In this document: positions 57,513-64,000 of the stretch, one piece after another
How the letters are laid out: each line of letters opens with the position of its first letter
Numbering within the stretch: the first letter of the stretch is position 1
Assembly (NCBI RefSeq): GCF_009914755.1
Contig: NC_060944.1
From: the human T2T-CHM13v2.0 reference genome, Homo sapiens
DNA length: 64,000 bases
Strand: one strand, 5' to 3'
Position numbers and translations under genes: made by a program
Notes under the pieces: generated by a model
Told to the model about the DNA's origin: nothing
Database searches by the model: none
The model's input: the letters and a program-made list of their open reading frames with translations, nothing else

Positions 57513-60479
57513 TACTCAGTTCTAAACATTTCAGAATTAAGAGATCTACACACATCCTCCTCTATATAATGGAGTGGGTCTCTTAAAATTTCCTGGCAAC
57601 ATACTCTTAGCCTGCCTAGAAAACACTTTAGAATAGAACTGCATTATAATACATTTTCATATTCTATTTATATCTTCATATTTCTCCCTCTACTTATTAA
57701 GGTATAATCTTGTATATGTAGTCCTTCAGTTCCTTAACAAGGTGAACATATGATCTCATGATGTGTGTTTTAATTTCTTAACTTTGTTGAGATTTGGGAA
57801 TGTGAGGAGGATGGAAAGGAAAGAAAGGAACTCAGCAGCTACAAAATAAATCTGACCTTTAATTTTTTTTATTGAATTTGTTTCTTGTTTTATTTTTCCT
57901 TCCTTTGCACAAATGAGAGCTTCTAGTTTTACAAAGGGTACCACCAATTTTAGGATAAAAATTTGTATTTGTGGGATAACACAAGTTCGAGACACAATGA
58001 TTTAGAGATTGCATATCAATTTTATCAAATAAATGTGATGAAAGTAAGTGATATGCACAGTCACACACACACACACGCACACACGCATATGTAGTGATAA
58101 AACCATTGACACAGATTCCCAGATGGCACTTAATGTACTTTCAGTCTTAAATTCTTTCTCAACGACAAGCCATTTGTTTGCAAATGATTTAGCATTCAAA
58201 AATGATTCAACATGAGAAAAAAATGCATTGCACATAAAGTTCAGATTACAAAAGAATTAAAGTCATACTAATATAACTATAATTTATAATGAATTCAAAT
58301 AGCTTTCAGAAGGGTCATCTGTGGAATGTAAAGAGCAATCTGAATTTATTTTTCTGTAACTGGTCACAGCAATGTTTTCTAGACTAGTGAGTGTGTGCTC
58401 ATACAGCACCATGTGTGTTCAACAACACACAAAGTTGGATGACAAAATCACTTTAGTGAGAAGGCAGCTATTTCCAGGGGCACCAATACTAATGTTAGTT
58501 TTGAGTTTTTGGTTTGCTTTTGTTTGTTTACAAGGCAATGTAATGTTTAAGGAAAAAAGAAAATCTTACCAGTCCATGTTGAGTGAACATTTCAATCAAT
58601 GTAAAGTCAAAAGTCAGCTGCCACCATGCCATGCAAACCTTACAGTACATGACATATTAAATCAGTAACCTCAAAAGGGACTTCTTAGAAGCTATGAGTA
58701 AAAGGCATACACAAAATGCCTCTGAGATAAATTCACAAATGAAATGGAAAATGATATCTGTGTATATCCAAGAATAATAGTAATTATTCAAAAACAAGAA
58801 AACTTCTAAATTGAAAGAATCCCTAAAGTAAAAGTAGACCAAAGAAAAAGAAATAAAGGTGAGAAGTGAGATGAGGCAGAAATAGTGGGCGACACGGAGA
58901 CGTACTGAGAAAAAAAGTAGCTAAAGATAGTGTGTTATTATTTCAGCAAAATTAAGTATATCAATACTGAGAAATATGACTTGAAATAGATTCAGTACCT
59001 CAAGCAGAAACGTAAACAAATAACATCTGGCTTTTTCTTTTGATAACCAGTATTTTAAATACAAACATCTAAAAATATTATCTTTGTGTAAGAGTTACAC
59101 ATTTATCATTCCAATCCTCAGGGTGCATTGTTTCAAACTAAACAGTAATCATTTCAATAACAAAAATGTGCTGTAAATACTGTATGGAAATAAATTTCCT
59201 AACAGATGTTAACCAGACATCAGTCTTCACTGGTAAGGATTAGATTTGAAGGTGTTTGCAGATAATTAAAACTTGTTTTTATAACATAACTTAGCAGCTA
59301 AGTAGTATAATGAAAATGGGATATTCAAATTATAAGATATAAAATATTAAAGATAGAAGAACATGCTTATTTTTTCAATATAAATATTGTTACAGCTCAG
59401 AGAAACAGTATGAAATCTCAGGGCTCATGAAAGGCCACATTCTAGAGATAGTGATTGACAGGTATGGCAATTCCCCTACAGCGTGGTGCCTGTTGTCATG
59501 GAGTAGCATGTCTCTTACAGGGTACTACCAGAAGGCTCAAATAGGAAGAGCCAATAGTCCATGTGAGAAACCACGGAAGGCTAAAGATAGAAGGAAATAT
59601 TTGGGCCACGTTGAAGAACAAGTTCACCAGGTGAATTGGCATGTGGCTAGGGTACAACTTCCCATACATACATAAATAATGAAGCAGTAAAAAAATTAAG
59701 TTATCAGAGAAGTATTTTATTATTATTAGAGTCATGATTAGCATTCTCCTCATCAGGAGAGTTTTATGTTTTTTTCTATCCCTACTCTATACTTTTTAAA
59801 CACAGTCTCCAATTTTGAAAATAAAAGTTTCTTATTTTTAATTCAAATCTCAATTAAAATAAAACAAAAACCAAAAATGTAGAAGTTCTTTATTTTGACC
59901 ATCTATATATCATACACAACAAAAAGACTGATAAAATTCCACCAAACACAACAGCTAGATCCTTATTCCCGTTAATGCTTAAGCCCATTCCAATAAGGAT
60001 TTTGTACCAAATCTGCCCTTGCCAAGGCTACCTAGGGCCTTCATTTTATTATTTGCAATGGACCATTTTAACTTCACATCCACGTTGGCTTCCTTACATC
60101 CTAGATGCACATACAGCCAGATTTTTTCCCATCAGATGTGATTTGATCTTCCAACTTCGGAATGCCCTGATGACTTCCTCTTTATCTAAAGATCACTTTA
60201 AAAAGCCTGAAGTATTTGGCTCTTCCCTAAATCTTTGGCCAGACGTAATGTCATCCTCCCATTGGCTTTCTTTGTCCAAACTACATTAGCCTTATCTCAG
60301 ATCTTCAAACAAGTTATATTTCCTGCCTAAGATGTTTGTATGGGTGAGTGAAAGGTCTGATGAAGATAGTTCCTTTTTGCCCCCAAAGGTTTTATTGATC
60401 ATGCTGACAATGAATTTATTGTTATTTTAATCTTTTACTGTTATACTCAGGCTTAAATTCTCTACCCTATACACTTCAG

Positions 60480-61800
60480 TTGACATAATTTTAATTTCCA
60501 CTATGATGCTTCTCTCTTTTCTATCAACACTCTCTCCCCGCAGGGTTTCATCTAGATCAGGAGTCAGCAACATTTTTGACAAAGAGCCAGACAGTAAATA
60601 TTGGAGGCTTTGTGTTGCCAAGAGGCAAATTTATGGAAATTTCCCTGCTGAAAAATTTCCCTATATTTTACATTTTAGACTTATAAATGATACACCTACT
60701 TATAACTCATGAGCCATACAAACACAGGCAGCAGACCAGATCTGGCTCATGGACTATAATAGTTTGCCAACCCCTAGCCTAGATTCATGATTTTAGGCAT
60801 GATCTATAGGCTATGATTATCTAACTCACATCTCTAGCCAAGTCAACTTGTCAGTGCCTACTTGATGTCTCCACTTGGATTCTAACTAGCGTCTTAATTT
60901 AAGATTTAAAAAATGTAAAATCAATCACACATATGCACCTACCTACACCTCTGTCACTTGCAAACTGCCTCATGTCATCAAGACGTTGCCATATCACTAA
61001 AAGTGACCATAATCCGCCATGTCCCTAAATCCAAATACCTTGTTATAATTCTTGCTCAGTAAATTCAATCATCTTCAAATCAACTTCCAATCTCAACTGA
61101 TTTTCTCCAACTTTATTGCTACAATCATAATCCCAACCACCAGCATCCTTCAACTGGACAGGTGCTAAATGAACCCCCTTCCTTCACTACTGTACCCTTC
61201 CACAATAGTACAGCCTCCTAAGAGCTAACCTCATCATATCACATATCCATCATACATTTTTCAATGTAGTTAATTTATATTTACACTTTGATATAAGATC
61301 TAAATTTGGTCCCTGAGGGCACTCATGTAATATCTCTCCATGCTCTTCCTTCATGGACATTCCAGCGAAACCGGCCTTCTTTTCTTTGTAAGAAACTATC
61401 AAGCTGTCTTTTTAAATTACAGAATCTTTATATCTGCCCTTCTTTCTGCTCAGAGCACCCCAGATCTTCAAAGTACCTTCCTATTTGTCTTCACTCAACT
61501 CTCAAATGAAATATTAGCTCCTGAGAGAGAAAAATTCTCTGAAATACTTATAGCCAGATCAGTGCCTTCCTACTTGCCAGTTTTACTCAACCATGTTATC
61601 ACATGTAATCTTAAGACTTCATAGTAATGTACCTTATAGCCCTTCACACCATTGCTTTGTTTAGGTATTTGTATGTCTTCGTCCTCTTTCCCTCCTCACT
61701 ACAGTATAGCCAATTGTGTCTTTGCCATCTTCACTGCTATATCCCCTAGTGCCTGGTAGGCTTTCTATAAATATCCATTTATTGACTTATTGACTACATG
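60480..61800 (+). mobile_element. L2 fragment interrupted by a MER58-like element (60558-60775)
   Basis: tgcctacttgatgtctccacttggat and cttcactgctatatcccctagtgcctgg (L2); gagtcagcaac...aaagagccagacagtaaatatt...tagtttgccaacccct (MER58). Confidence 0.65.
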
Positions 61801-64000
61801 TATATGCTAATCCTTTTTACTAATTTTTGTTATACTATGTATTTCTCTTCTCCCTCTCTTTGCTTCCCTCTCTTCTCATGTCCTTGATGCTTCCTACTCA
61901 ATATTAACATGTACATCACTTTGTGTCTTCAGCATTTCTCTTTTCATTATATTACGATAGGTTAATTTTCCTAAGAAAACACTATTTTGACAAAAGCAAA
62001 GCATTAAAGTAAAGCAGCATAGGATCAATTTTTTCCTGGTAGAAGGAAACACCATCTTTCCAAGAAGACAATTCCGCCAGGAAACAAAACAAACGAAAAC
62101 ATTTCTGGTAAGTCCTAGTTCCCAAGACTTGAAGCCAGTATATTTTCCCACTTTCAAGTACCCTTGACTGTAGAGATAAAAGGTATCCACTTAGAGATAT
62201 TAACTCATTACCACTGCCTAAATTTGGGTTCCAGAAACACAACTTAATATGACATCAATGGATGTGATAATCATTTGAAAGTGGCTTTATCAAAATCATC
62301 CAACAGAACAAGTTACTTTCTAATTAGCATCTTCAGTTAAATACCTAAATCTGATGAATAATGTTATGCATTATGCTAAATTGCATTGGCTCACTATTCT
62401 AGAATGCTTTCAAATTAATTAATAATGATATATTCAGTAATGAGAAATATAAAAAGATAAAAACCTATTTCAATCAGTTTAAATTAGAATTTAACATTTC
62501 TTCAATACACTATTTTGTAGTCAATTGCAAGAGTAATAAAGCAAAATTATTGAGTCTTTAATAGTGACCATTCAAAATTCATAATGAATTATTAGAAAGA
62601 AAACTAAGGTCCCTACCAACTTTCCACCTCACTCCAAACCATAGCCAAGGTCATTACAACAGCAAGTAAGACTCCACACAATTCCCACTTCTTCGCCTCT
62701 ATTCTATTACTTCTGGAATCTTCTACTACTCCAAATTGTGTGTTTTGCTCCAGACTCAGCAGTTCTCACTACCTTGTTCTTCCAATTGCCATCTTCTCGG
62801 TGTGGCCTTTCTTGACTATCTAGTTAGAAATTACCCTATCAAAATTATCTGATCCCCATCCAGGATTACTTTTCACCATCTAACTTACGATACTTCACAT
62901 ATTTATGTGGCTCATTGTCTGTTATCTGTCTCCCTAAGTTAGAATGCAAGCTTCGTGATGGCAGAGATTTGGTCAATTTCCTTCACTCAATAATTCCTGA
63001 CCCAAAGTAAAAACGTCATAAGTATTTTTTGAATATACAAATATGTAGTCCGAATTATCAAGGAGCTTATAAATAAATAAAGACACAAACCAGCATTATA
63101 GTGCAGTTTGAGAAATATCAATAGTGTGGTATAGGAGGAGGTATGTAAACTATGAGAAGCAACAGTTACATAAGAAGCAATTCAGAAAGACACACAGTGT
63201 GGGTGATATCTGAGTTAAAGGACAGAAAGTAAGAAGATAACCAGATGGAGAAAAGAGAGGAAGATTTTACAAACAAGCATCAGAAATTACCATAAGAAAA
63301 GCAAGTACAAAATAATCATAAGAAAAACAATTGCATCCCAATTATTATGACAAACATAATTAACTATGAAAACCCAAAAACAGTTCATGCTTTGATAATG
63401 CTAAAGTTGATAAGTAGATTAAGATGTGATAGAACAATCTGTAAATCTTGGTGCTTCCTAACTTTTGAGAAAACATTTTTAGGCAAAATATGATGATTTA
63501 AGGAAGAAAAGTTGCTGATGGATGAGGCATGTCCCTTAAAGACAAACACTATGAACACTGTGTACAGCCTTTATAATGGAAAGGTGCCAGGTTTTTTTTT
63601 AAGTCCTTGGAATCTCAGGTGGCAACTTTGAAATTCATGTGTAATTCATGAGTTTTTTAAAAGAAATGTAATAAGTAACACAAGTGATTCTAGAGCTTGT
63701 CTTTAGGCTGAGGGAGATATTGGCATTATAAGTTGAAGTGTTAGAAAGGAACAATAAGAATTAAGAATAAGCAGTAATTTCTGCCAAGATCTGTGGCACC
63801 CAGTCTCACACATAAGGCTTTTTGGAATCTCTTGGTTTCCAAGGTTCAGGCTCTCATACTTTAGTTTGTACATAAAGGACTTAAGTTATTCTTAAAGCAC
63901 AGTTTTAGCACTTCACACCAGGAGATGGTTATGAGACCGATCACAAGATAAAGTGAAATAGGATGTGTGCCTGCTTGTAGAAGGAACCTCTTTCCTTCTG

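Overview
AT-rich, repeat-dense human/hominoid DNA with no intact protein-coding gene. An exact copy of the miR-663a hairpin at 47936-48028 (minus strand; match recalled, not searched) suggests the MIR663AHG locus at pericentromeric 20p11.1. The main feature is a ~1.9 kb GC/CpG-rich island (47745-49624, minus). It is a fragment of the 45S/47S pre-rRNA 5'-ETS with the hallmarks of L1-mediated retrotransposition: a 13-bp TSD (ATATTCTATTCTT), an untemplated short A-tail, an EN-like site, and an empty site that rebuilds an L2 3' end. Its 5' end falls at the conserved motif next to the A'/01 processing site, so a processed Pol I intermediate appears to have been retrocopied and turned into a CpG-island promoter and miRNA host. 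About 14 kb away is a rearranged, intron-containing ANKRD30-family fragment (2 exons, U6 remnant, fold-back junction). The rest is Alus (one essentially unmutated AluYc1-type), two twin-primed L1PA insertions, older L1M/L2/MIR, MaLR/ERV LTRs and DNA-transposon relics. Several clear templated-insertion or fold-back repair scars and one micro-inversion are also visible. Repeat subfamily names come from recognition by eye and need RepeatMasker confirmation.
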